Shown piece by piece: positions 13,649-24,986 of a stretch of DNA of 41,543 nt. Source of the DNA: Perkinsus olseni (Eukaryota); assembly GCA_013115125.1 (NCBI GenBank), contig JABANN010000297.1, forward strand, positions 1 to 41,543, given 5' to 3'. The first letter of the stretch is position 1. Every line of letters starts with the position of its first letter. The notes beneath the pieces were generated by a model. The model was not told where the DNA came from. It ran no database searches and was given only the letters and a program-made list of their open reading frames with translations. The translations under genes and the position numbers were made by a program.

Positions 13649-16600
13649 CTATAATTGATGACTACTGCCTCTGTCCGATGGGACCTGGTCACTGGGCCCA
13701 TTGTAGCCTTCCTTGGCTACTACACCTGACATTCCCGCCGGTGAGAAGGCTGCCAGACTGCCCCTCCTGCTCGAGGATCCAGTCGTGCGAGGCGTCTTGA
13801 TGCGAGATCGTCGAGCAGAGTTAACTAACAAAGCACCTTCGCCAACTACAATCGCCATCAATGTCAGGCAAATGAGCCAGGAGCCTTCTGAGCAAGAGTC
13901 TCTCCACGTGGGACTTACGGCGAGCACTCAGCTGGGGTTGTTTCTCAGGAGTGCTGAGCTTCTCTATGGCATCACTTTCTTCCCAGACTCGGAACCAGTC
14001 AACATCCACATGGGGAGGACACGGCGGGATGTCGCGAATTTCATCCTCTCTCGTACCTGCGAGGAGTGTCTTACTCGACCGTAACCCGAGGGTATAACTC
14101 ACGTCGCTACACTCACCTATTTTGATGTGCTCCCTTTCGAAACTGTACACTAGGACATTCTGGCACAGAGCGCCCAGACGAAACAGGAGCGCACTGAGGC
14201 GGTACCAAGGGAAGGCGATGAACCTACGAATTTCGAGTTCAACGAGATTGACCTCAAAGCGAAGGATTCACGTAGCTCCCCGAAGATGTGCATAAACTTA
14301 CGTGAGAATCCCAGCCCTCAGCTCCTTTCTTATCCGCAGGACGACCAGTTGGAACACGATGAGCACAGAATATAGGACGAGAGCGTTGAGGCCGATCATG
14401 ACCATCAAACCCAGCCAATCACGCAAGAGCAAACCACATACCAAGAAAACCCGCATCCAATCCAAGGCGATGGCTAGTAACTGACACATGACGGGCGGGG
14501 TGGAGGCTGTCCTACTGCCATGAAAGGAGAGTGATGATGACGGGACCCATGGCTTCAACAACAACTCGCTATACGACACACAAGCGGCAACATACTGCTT
14601 CCACATTCATGAGTGCCACACGTACTTCCACCTAGCTGGCCTACCACGGCAACTGCGATGTCGAGGGGAGAGACCAGAAGGACCATGTCTATTCCATCTA
14701 CAGGGAAGCTTCTACATTCAAAAGGCTAGAATTACCTCCTGTAAGAAGTACGGCTTGAGAGCCCAACTGGGACCATGGCAGAGCGAGGAAGGATTCACCA
14801 ACTCGAAGAGGTAGGTGAAGGTCTTCTTATGAGACGTGAGCTCCCACGATTTCACTCTTTGACGGAACAGGAACTACCAAGGCGCTAATGACTTCGGGTT
14901 CATAAGGAAGGGCGTCGCGAAGCTACCTTCCACGTGTCGGGGGCATAGGTCGGTACGAGAGTCTGTGCGCACGAGATGATCTTGGAGTCATCCCTCTTCT
15001 TGAGCAAGAGTAGGCCCATATACCTGTGACCAGCAGACCATCACGGCTCACTGAGAGGTTATCTCACATATCTTCCCCATTGAACACAGTGTCGTGCTCG
15101 AATAGTATATCATCCAAGGACTCGCGATCCCACAGAGCTATTGCTCCATGACAGGATAAGCACCTAGGAAGGAAAGTGTGCATAAATACAGCATACAGCA
15201 CCCACACGGAGTATATTCGATATCAACTTTGAGAAAATGATACCGTAATCGGGAGGCTACAGGTGTTGGGGTGCCACACTACCGCACTGCCATCACGAGG
15301 CCCCGACAGACTGACCTTGATAGCATGGCTTGGAATAGCTTATGTACTGCAGCCATCTTATATTCGACATCTTGACATTGTAAGAGCAGATTAGGACTCC
15401 CATGGGGAGATGCAGCGGTAATAGGAAAATGTACCTTCAACGGAAGGCTACTCTGTAACAAACCAGGGGAGCACTCGATCGCTCAGCAAGCCTCACACTA
15501 CCGCCTTGATATTAACGTTTTTATCGAGTTGTTCTCGAGGTATGTGTAGATCATTCGGCAGGGGCACATCGTCATCAATTATCAAAGCGTATCTACAGGT
15601 ACAACGGACTCGGCACGATACGACGATGCCCTCCACCGTTACCTAAAGTTCGTTGTTCTTCCTGTGGAAGCTAGGTATGGTATCCAATAACGATTGCACC
15701 AATAAAAAGCGAAGGTCTTATTGCCTTCGGGAATATATAGATAATTTATATCGGGATGAACCTGCCGCGGTTAACTCACCAACTCTCCACTCATGATAAT
15801 ACCGAATAAAACAACACCTACTACCTGCTGTGTGGCCCACTGAGTTTCATCTTCGGGTTTCAAAGACGGCCCATTATCACACACGAAGATGTGGCTCGGC
15901 GGGAATACCGCCAACGCTGATCTCAGCGTGTTAGAGAAGGACTCGTATTTTTCCTCTGTCATTGTAGATAGATGACAGGCTATCATCAAGCAGCAGTCCT
16001 GCGACATAGTTTGGTTTACAACCTACAGGAGCACGTCGAGCAAGAGCACGCGTGAACAAGATCTTACGAAGTCCAAGCTTATTGTGTCATCACTGCTGCT
16101 TTTGGGGAGAGCTGCCTCCACAGGAGCCCCGCTCTCGATGTCTCGTCCAGTATTACTGCTGCCTCCAGATGGAGCGGTAGCCGAAGATTGACGCTCCTGT
16201 TGCAACTGCCGATCATTAGACGAGGACTCCACCACTTTATGTATGGCATTCTGAACAGTAGCAACTTGCCCGCGTCGAGGGCTTCTAAGCACCATGAACG
16301 AGTTCCCACCTGTAGATGGCGGCTGAAGACCGGCGCGCTGGGCCACTTCACCGCCAAGCATGCAATGAGGAAGAGAAATACATCCAATAGGACGTCAACA
16401 AATATGAGGGCATCCAGCCAGGTTCTAACCTCCCAGAAAGATGCCTCGCCAACGAATACTTCCCATAGCTAACAGCGGGGGCAGCAGCAGAGATGAACAC
16501 AGCTAGCATAGGGGAGTGGTCACTCACCGAGCTCTGGCTTCGCATCTGCTGCGGCGAGAAGAGTAAGATGAGATATAGCAGGCACACTAGAAAGACGAAA

Positions 16601-18545
16601 AAGAAGAGGTTGAGCAAAATCTGCGAGCAAGTAATAGCCTGTCTATCCACACAGAGATCATTACTCTTCGAAACATATACTTTTTTGATATCATACTCAG
16701 CTTAGCTGATCTGAGTTCCTTCCATTGCCTCAGCCGTCGGCGCCATGCATTGGACTCGAATCGCTTACGAGGATCTCGGCTGTACATCAGGGAGTGTCTG
16801 AATGAGGATTGCTCAGAGACCTTCCATCTGCTATCAATCTACTTTTCTTTCCTAGAATTGGTACTGACTACGCTTCGCTCTGTTAGCCATCCCGACGGTA
16901 GAGGTGTGGGCAGCACGGGGCCTCTGTCCTGCGAGCCACTCGATGGGCTTTGGCTCCCTCGAGGGGTGTTGTAGTTGTTGCCCCCCATAGGGGCCTCCTG
17001 GAGGTTGTTGGTGCTCTCGGAGTGGACTAGACCCCCACCATCAACTTGGGCGCTATACTGCAGTGACGAGCGGTACCTGACCAACCTCAGGCTCACACGG
17101 ACCGAAATGGTCCCATGATGGATCAACTTCCTACAGTTCTGGGGAGGAGCGGTTGATCATGCTACGCTCAGTCAAGAAGCCCGGAGCCCTCAGGCGTGGT
17201 GTTGTGAGCATTCCCCCACTCGGCGGCAAGGGCGGCAGGGGCGCCACCACATAATGTGGATCGGAGCTGAGGCATACCGCACTGCGTGGCCTTGTAGATC
17301 ACCCTGGCGCCTACGCTGGATAGTTGCCCGGAGTGTCCTGGGATGCAGTCCATGGGGTAGTAGTGGGGGCCTCGAACATGGCAACCATCGCGTCATTCCT
17401 CCACTTCAACTCTACGTGAAGGCGAATTTGCCTGATCATAGCAAGCAACAGGATGAGCTGATCCCCCTCGGGGACTTACTCCCGCTTGGCCGGCAGCTCC
17501 TTTGCCATCCTCTGCATACCGAGGATCTTCTCCTTCCTATTCTCCTTATCAACGCTCCTCAGCACAAGTTCCGCTAGAAGCCAGAATAAGGTGATGAAGG
17601 CTATGGCGAGGACCATCCCTCTCATGGTTATGACATTGGATGGCGTTAAGGTGTAGCTCTCGTTACCTGATAGGCTCTTTCACTGAGCAGCATGGACATT
17701 ACACCGTCTCTTCCCAAGCTACAGTAAGCTCCATCCAGCACGTCAATGCACGGCATCTCGACGTTAACAGTGTTACTGTCGCCACCAACACGGACGACGC
17801 ACATCTGCGGGTCGGCGCCGAACTTTCTATCCATGTCCAGCCTGTCGGGGTCCGGGCATCTGCCACAATGTGGTGACGGGAATGATCCACGCAAGAAATC
17901 GATGCGACCGTAGTAGTGATACAACTGCCACTACTACCGAGTCCATTGATTATCCTGATAGGTTTGGCATACATTACTGCATGTATCCTGCATGTAGCAC
18001 AGTATATCGGTATCTATTTTACCGAAGGAGGGTATAACACACCTGAGAACACTGCGCATAGTAGCAGGACACTCCTGTGGGCAGCCTAGATGTTCCTGTC
18101 TTTACCGACGTGTGCCACAGCCCGCTGGGGGTTTACTTACTTATTCCTGCGTTCACTTAACGATGCACCTTCCGGTACAGCTAAACTAGCATTAACTAGG
18201 CCCTCCAGAGTCAGCGGAGAAGCCCTCATAGATACCTCAGAAAAGAGAAAGACTTCCCTCGAAGCTCATTGGGGACTCACCCACCTGACACCTAGGTCCG
18301 TCAGGGCCGACCCCTCGATGTTGAAAAGCCTCCTCTATAGGAGGGCACTTAGCCAAAGGCCATTCGTCACTCTTTGGATCATAGATCCACTGATACCCCT
18401 CAGTCCACCATGTACATGCAAGCGCTACAGCCAGAGTGAGAGCCACGAAGAGGGAGAGAGTCCGGCCTAGGACCGGAAGAATAGACGGCTTGGGTATGTC
18501 GAAGCTCGATGATGCTGAGGATGATTCAGCAGCCATCTTACTCAT
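13649..18545 (-). CDS. Processive family-2 glycosyltransferase (polysaccharide synthase-like) with a long N-terminal Cys-containing extension, copy A
   Basis: Exons carry the GT2 synthase motifs IFVCDNG (about 15875), LIIDDDVPLP (DxD, about 15570), CQDVEY (about 15365), EHDTVFNGED (about 15075) and LFRQRVKSW (QxxRW-like, about 14860), with TM helices before and after. The C-terminal motif is EDEIRDIPPCPPHVDVDWF. Upstream exons from MSKMAAESS (18545) are paralogous to copy B. Confidence 0.8.
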
Positions 18546-18662
18546 AGTAGAGAGAGGAGGATAGGATAAACTTGAAAGGCGCGACGAAAGGGAAATTGAC
18601 AACGCGAAAGACCCGTGACGACTGGAGAAAAATCCGTAAACGATAGTTCTGATGTCGATGGC

Positions 18663-19145
18663 TCAGAAATACACCGAACTGATGGCCATGACGAGCCAGC
18701 CACCGGCCATCAGGAAGCCTCCGATAGGCGTTATAGCTCCTAGTTTCTTTATGTGAGTGAGTGCGAGGGCTGAAGCAGCGATGAGCAGTAGAGGGGACAG
18801 TGGGACACAACGACAGTAGCCTACCGTATAAACTGCCTGAGAATATGAGGATGCCGATGAGGAAGCATATAGCGGCCCAGTTGCGGCCCGACCCTTTGTG
18901 AGCCATAGAGGCGACTACTATACCAAAGGAATGATACATCTGGTAACGTACCGCCTTCTCCCATACCTACAAGAGAACACGGATCTACGAGAATCCAAGG
19001 GCAAGAGATTCCCTACCTCGAGCTCATAAGGGCCGATATCGGATCTTGACTTCAAGCCGTGGGCACCGAATGCACCAGTGAATACACCAATACAGGATCC
19101 CAGGCAGCCGAGACGGAACCATAACGCTTGAGAGGGATTTACCAT
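18663..19145 (-). CDS. TMEM256: TMEM256 / DUF423 (YgdD-like) small membrane protein, copy 1
   Basis: Three exons: MVNPSQALWFRLGCLGSCIGVFTGAFGAHGLK...ELE/VWEKAVRYQMYHSFG...GILIFSGSLY/ALALTHIKKLGAITPIGGFLMAGGWLVMAISSVYF*. The GAFGAH, YQxYH, FSGSLY and TPxGG signatures are present. Confidence 0.92.
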
Positions 19146-19307
19146 GGGCGTGAAGGGAGTTGCAGAATGATTGAGGGGCCGATCCATAATACTGAAGGGG
19201 GACAGTTATCTTGTGTGCCAAAGCTGGTCATCTCTCGAGAGACTCTCATGGAGTGAGGTGGGTATTGAAAGACTTGTGAACTCAATGGGCGCAGAGCAGA
19301 AACAGAT

Positions 19308-19748
19308 CTAGAATGCCATGGCCAGCCACCCAGCAGCCATCAGAAGCCCACCTATCGGGGCGAGAGCCCCTAAGCGCTTGACTCCAGTGAGGACTAGAGC
19401 TGAAGAAGGACAACGTGCTCAAGGCCGTGATCGGCGATACTGTCTTACCATATAGAGTCAGAGAGAAGAACGCAGTACCCGTGGTAAAGAGTACTGCGGA
19501 ATAGTTCACCCCCTTGCCTTCATGGATATTGGCCGCTATGATGATACCAATACTGCTCAGAATTTGGTATCTAGCTGCTGTCTCCCATACCTGCAACCGA
19601 TTAGAATGATCAGGATGATGAAACAATCGTGTGGTACCTCAATATCACGAGGCTTGATGTTGGGCTTGGAACGGAGACCATGAGCACCGAAGGCATCGAT
19701 TAGGACACCCGTAGCGGCCCCAAAACAACCTAGACGATGCCACATCAT
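19308..19748 (-). CDS. TMEM256: TMEM256 / DUF423 small membrane protein, copy 2 (divergent)
   Basis: Three exons: MMWHRLGCFGAATGVLIDAFGAHGLR...DIE/VWETAARYQILSS...GTAFFSLTLY/ALVLTGVKRLGALAPIGGLLMAAGWLAMAF*. The intron positions match copy 1. Confidence 0.88.
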
Positions 19749-20278
19749 GTTCGCTATCAACAAAAAACTACAGGAGCAGCAGACAGACTAGCACAGGGAT
19801 CCGTGTCGAGCAGCACAGTTGGCACGTGAAACGAAACAACGAAAGACACACCGAGGCAGCACGAAACCGTTGCATCATTCATGGCGACAAAAAAGACGAT
19901 ATTTTCATTTTCGAGAGGTGAGGGTAAAACGACTACGACGACGATGACGGAAGGGGAGGGGCTGGTGACTAGGATAGACTTGCACGCTAAGCTGATGATG
20001 ATGACGCTGCAGTCTGGCGCTACGATTGGTTACGATTATGACAAACGATTCCGATACAAAGACGAAACGACAAAAATAGGGAGAGGGTAGTATAGATAAC
20101 AAAAATGGATTCGACTTAATCACCATTTGATATACGGGACGAGTGGTACGTGCACGCATGCACAGAATTGGCGGCGATCGCTGTCGCTACTTGATAATTA
20201 CTGCATGTTGGTGTAGTACTGAGTCATGGGATAGAGAGGAGAGAACCAACTTAAGCACAACTAGCTATAACAAGTATC

Positions 20279-23200
20279 CTAGTCCCTCACTGCAAAGCGA
20301 CTGTGTTGCTGCTGAGGATGATGCTGTTGATGATGAGGGTGAGGATGCTGACCATTGAGAGCCCCTGATAGTAGTAGTGATGCTGGCGATGATGACAACG
20401 ATGCCACTGTGCTCGGCGAGGCCGCTGTGCCTCGACGAGATCCTAAAGGACGTCGTGGACATGAGTCTTCACTGGGTGCTGCGCTGGCTCACTGGGCAGG
20501 GGATGAGGGGCCACAGCAGACTTCTCAATTGGGTCACTCTCCACCCAGACTGTGAACCAATCGACATCAGGATGAGGTGGGCATGGAGGAATGTCCCTGA
20601 TCTCATCCTCGCGAACACCTGACAACAATAGCCCAACGACTCACAGGGCGACAGCCACTAAAGGAGCAACTGTAGTGGATGATACAAACACGACATCACC
20701 ATGACACTCGATGAATCGACGACAGAGAAGGCAAAGCCCTCAGGGCACCGAGTGTATATACGGGTGGGGCAGTGGTGAGGCAGGGGCATGACACTACTGC
20801 TACTACTACCAATTTTGATGTTGGTGCGTTCATGACTGTAGACGAGTAAATTCTGGCAGAGTGCTCCGAGACGGAATAGTAAACCGCTGAGACGATACCA
20901 CGGGAAGGTAATGCACCTACAGACCAGGCGGCGGTGGTCCCCATCAAGATGCTACCGGTACCCCCTACGTGCAGAGAGTGCTACGCAGTTCCTTCCTCTC
21001 ACGCAGTACAACGATTTGGAAGACAGCAACAACGAAGTAGAGGAGGGCCGTGAAGACCATAGTCATCATCAATAGGCCAATCCAATCTCTCAATAGTAAG
21101 CCGCAGAGGAGGAAGACTCGGAGCCAATCGAGAACGATAGCCAGTAACTGAGAAGCATCGAAATGATGGTGCTGATAACAATGCTCATGGTAGTGGCTGA
21201 CCTCCTGCAGGAAGTATGGCTTCAAAGCTAGGCTAGGGACATGACAAAATGATGCAGGATGGAATACTTCAAACAAGTAGGAGAATGTCTTCTTGTGAGA
21301 TGTTAATTCCCACGACTTCACACGTTGACGGAACAGAACCTGTCATCACGCAATACTAACGAGGCAGTAGTAAGGATGCCTGTAGCGGTACCGTCCAAGA
21401 ATCAGGGGCGTAAGTAGGGACGATGGCCTGGGCGCAGGATATGATCTTAGAACTGTCTCTTTTACGGAGTAGGGAGAGGCCCATGTACCTTCGAACAACG
21501 AGCTAACAGACCGCTGCCGATAAGAGGCCCTGCATATCCTCGCCATTGAAGACCGTGTCATGCTCATAGAAAACCTCATCTAGAGCTTCTCGGTCCCAGA
21601 GGGCGATGGCACCATGGCATGATAAACACCTGAATACTCCTCAACTGTTCACCATCTTCATCAGTCGTGAGGTTGGAAGGGCGATACCTCGACATGGTTG
21701 CCTGTAGTAACTTATGGACAGCAGCCATCTTATACTCGACATCTTGGCAGCGCACAAGGAGGTTAGGCCGTCCATCCGGTGATGCCGCTGTGATCGGGAA
21801 GTGCACCTGGAGAGGGCCTTTCATGAAAGCATTGCGTGGAGGCCGAGCTGACAGCTTTGATGGTATGGTCCTTCTCAAGATGCTCCTGCGGGATGTGGAG
21901 ATCTGGTGGTAGTGGGACATCATCGTCAATAATGACTGCGAACCTGGCACTAGAACTCCCTCCTCCGCAACGGCAGACCGTGGGCCTACCTAAAGTCCTT
22001 GACCCTGGAGTACCGGGAAAGAAATGGTATCCAGTATTTGTTGCACCAATAGAAAGCGAAGGTCTTATTGCCCTCTGGAATGTACAAGTAATTAATATCG
22101 GGATGAACCTATACCGAAACTTCCCCGTGAAGCAGTGTGAAGTACTGCTTACCTGCTGAACGGCCCATTGTGTGTGGTCCTGCGGATGGAGGCTGGGACC
22201 ATTGTCGCACACGAAGATGTGCCCAGGAGGGAAGACCATCATAGCAGATCGTAGAGTGGTAGTAAAAGTATCAAAGCGCTCAGCGGTCATCGTAGACATA
22301 TGACAGGCGACCATTAGACAACAGTCTCTGGCCATTGATTGGTTCATGACCTGATGGTAACGGGGAGAGTTATAATAATGAAGCCATTGTCGCATGGCCG
22401 GGCGTACAAAGTCGGCTGTGACGGTATCTTCGCTGCTGTCCCGACTGAGGTTGAGGTCTACTGCATCGCCACCATGCATATCCACTCGAGGAGTGTCCAT
22501 CGCATCCTCATCTTCATACCCACGGCCCTCCTCTAGGGCTCCATTAGTAACCTCATCAACAGCTATCTTCATAGCAACCTGAGAAGAATCTTCGCTCCAT
22601 CATGGTCAGTGATAGTGAACTCACTTGAAGATGACGGCTGAAGACCGGCGCCCTAGGCCACTTGACGACGCAGCAGGCGATGAGGAAGAGGAAGGTATCC
22701 AGCATGACATCGATGAATATGAGGAGGTCGAGCCAGGAAGACATACGCCAAATTGATATGTTCCCAAAAAGGGCGTCCAGTGCCTACGAGGCGAAGATAA
22801 ACCGGGGCTTTGAGTGCACCCGTGCTACCGTTCGTTTGGTCTTAACTTGTTGTGGCGAGAAGTAAATAATAAGATATAGTGTGACGATGATGAGGAGTAG
22901 GAAGAATATGTTGAGGAGAACAGTACGGAAGCGTTGCTTGGTGAGGAACGTGGTGAGCTTCTGTTCCCTCAGCTCCTTCCACTGTCTCAGCCTCCTTCTC
23001 CAGGCGTTACTCTCATAACGCTTCCTAGGGTCTCTCGATCGTAGCTGTGATCTCCTGCGTAAACCAGAATAGAGTACATGCACCAATGACGATAGCGCGA
23101 CCTACACTTTGCTGTCCATCAGGCCAGCACTGCCTCCCAAGCTATCATAGGGCCCCGAGCCTCGGGGCGTGGCAGAGTGGTGGCCAGATGACGAGGTATT

Positions 23201-24781
23201 AGGCACTGGCGAGAGGCCTAGGGAGGACACCCCTCACAACAGCCATGCGCCAGTCTTCTCGACTACCGGCAAAGCTTCTCGGTGTGGCCCTAGGAGTGAT
23301 GCCAGTAGTGGTAGTAGGTGGACCACCCATCTGATGACTGTATACAGAGCTGAGATCATACCTGCTATTGCTTTGGCAGGACCAGGGCGTTGGAGCCTTG
23401 GCAAAGTACGCTGTGCCTGGTATGGAAGAGGTATCGCTATCAGCTTTATACGCCAACTGGGCTTCCTCGTCCCATCTCAGCTCTATCTGAGCCCTCAGGT
23501 ACCTGCCTTGAATACTGTTCATCGCCCCTCAACTCCATGCAACCTCACGCTCTTTTCTCAGGAAGTTCAACGGCCATCTTCGCGAGACCCTCCGCCTTCT
23601 CTTTACGGAGGTTGATGTCAACATGTCGCAGTATGAGCTCAGCCACAAACCAGAATATAATGATAAAACCAACACCAGCGACGAGGCCTCTCATCGCCAC
23701 TATGTTGGAAGGGGATACACTATAGTCGTTGTTACCTAGGTTGGGATACCGTATGACGGCTAAGGAGAGCCCTACAGTAAGAGCCGTCGAGTATATCAGC
23801 GCAGTTCATAGTAACCACCACTGGAGAGAAATCCTGTCTACGACCGACAAGGATATCACACTGGAGTGGCACAGCGCCATAAGCTTCATCGTCATCAAGA
23901 GTCGAAGGGTCGGGGCATCTGATCATGACCATCAACGATGGTAGCCGAGGAGGCATCGCGGCGTACCTCTGCGTGGAGCCTGATACACGGCACGTGTTGC
24001 CGCAGTAATCGAGTGAGTAACAAACGATGTCGTTCTCATGGTGAGCCTTCGACGGTATGACGCACTTCCCTCGACTGAACGGCGAGCCACCCGCTACCGC
24101 ACCCACACCGTCACTGGGGCTCACCGCTCGTCTAGATCGGCGTTCTCGGACACCGCGAAACCGTTCTCCGCTATGATGGCCACTGCCGCCGTTTTGTAAG
24201 GAAGCGACACCTACGACGTTTTGATAGGGGTATTGGCGTTGTCCTCAGCCCTGACCTGGCAACGGGGGCCATCCGGGACCTCCAGGCTGGAGGCGAACGT
24301 GTGGGCCAGCTGTGGGCATTCGTATATCGGGTAAATGCCGATACTCTCCTCGATGATCCACGTGTATCTGACTTGATACGCTACAGCGTTGTTGAGAGTG
24401 AGGCTGCCTACCCCCACGACCACCAAGTGCAAGCTGTCCCTAGACTGATGGTGAGAGATATGAACAGGACTATGATACGTGTAAAGATCGGGCAAAGGGA
24501 TGGCTTCTGGACCTTGGGCACCTTCAGGGGAGCACGACCTGTCTCCTCAGCTCCCATTCAATGGTTAAACAGTCTAACACCGGCCCGCCACTGCATTTCC
24601 GCTTACACTAAACTCAACCCTACTTTCATGATGGACTGAACATCTCTCGTTTAATGACGCAGCGCCACCCCCATCCCTTCCCAGAACCCTCAAAGCAGTG
24701 CTAAGGCTGTGTCATACCGTGTGCAGGACAATAGAGGACGGCGAAGAGCTGAGTACTGCAGAGCACAGTGATCATGAACAT
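20279..24781 (-). CDS. Processive family-2 glycosyltransferase with an N-terminal Cys-containing extension, copy B
   Basis: It has the same motifs as copy A: IFVCDNG (about 22205), VIIDDDVPLP (about 21925), CQDVEY (about 21740), EHDTVFNGED (about 21550), LFRQRVKSW (about 21325) and EDEIRDIPPCPPHPDVDWF (about 20590). The N-terminal exons share PDGPRCQ, CPDP, DGxYC and MRGxV...FWxxAELxLR with copy A. The start codon is uncertain (about 24500-24781). Confidence 0.8.
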
Positions 24782-24986
24782 GCGCTCGTTCGGTTTCGCT
24801 CCGCCGAAAGAGCATAATTTTTAGCGCGCGCCCATTAAATGATCGAAGTCTTTTATCCACTCAGGGCGGGAACCCACGGATACCTGACCCTTGGTCAGTA
24901 ATGGATGGATTATCGTAGCTAATACTTTATTAAACTCATTCTTCCCCTACTCTGGCCTGTTGGCCTTCCCATTCCCCTCGGCTGCA
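24782..24986. promoter_or_regulatory. Divergent strand-switch region (candidate bidirectional promoter)
   Basis: All genes called from about 5.4 to 24.8 kb are on the minus strand and all from 25.0 kb onward are on the plus strand. The interval contains AT-rich tracts flanking GCGCGCGC (about 24824). The function is inferred from position only. Confidence 0.4.

Noticed and set aside
19881-20260. Short ORFs between TMEM256 copy 2 and GT2 copy B
   Set aside because: The sequence is low-complexity (ACG/GAT/AAC-rich) and consistent with a minus-strand UTR or intergenic region. There are no coding motifs.
13713-20622. Similar plus-strand ORFs 13713-14084 and 20377-20622 as a separate gene pair
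   Set aside because: They are antisense shadows of the conserved GT2 C-terminal exon (EDEIRDIPPCPPH.DVDWF) on the minus strand.
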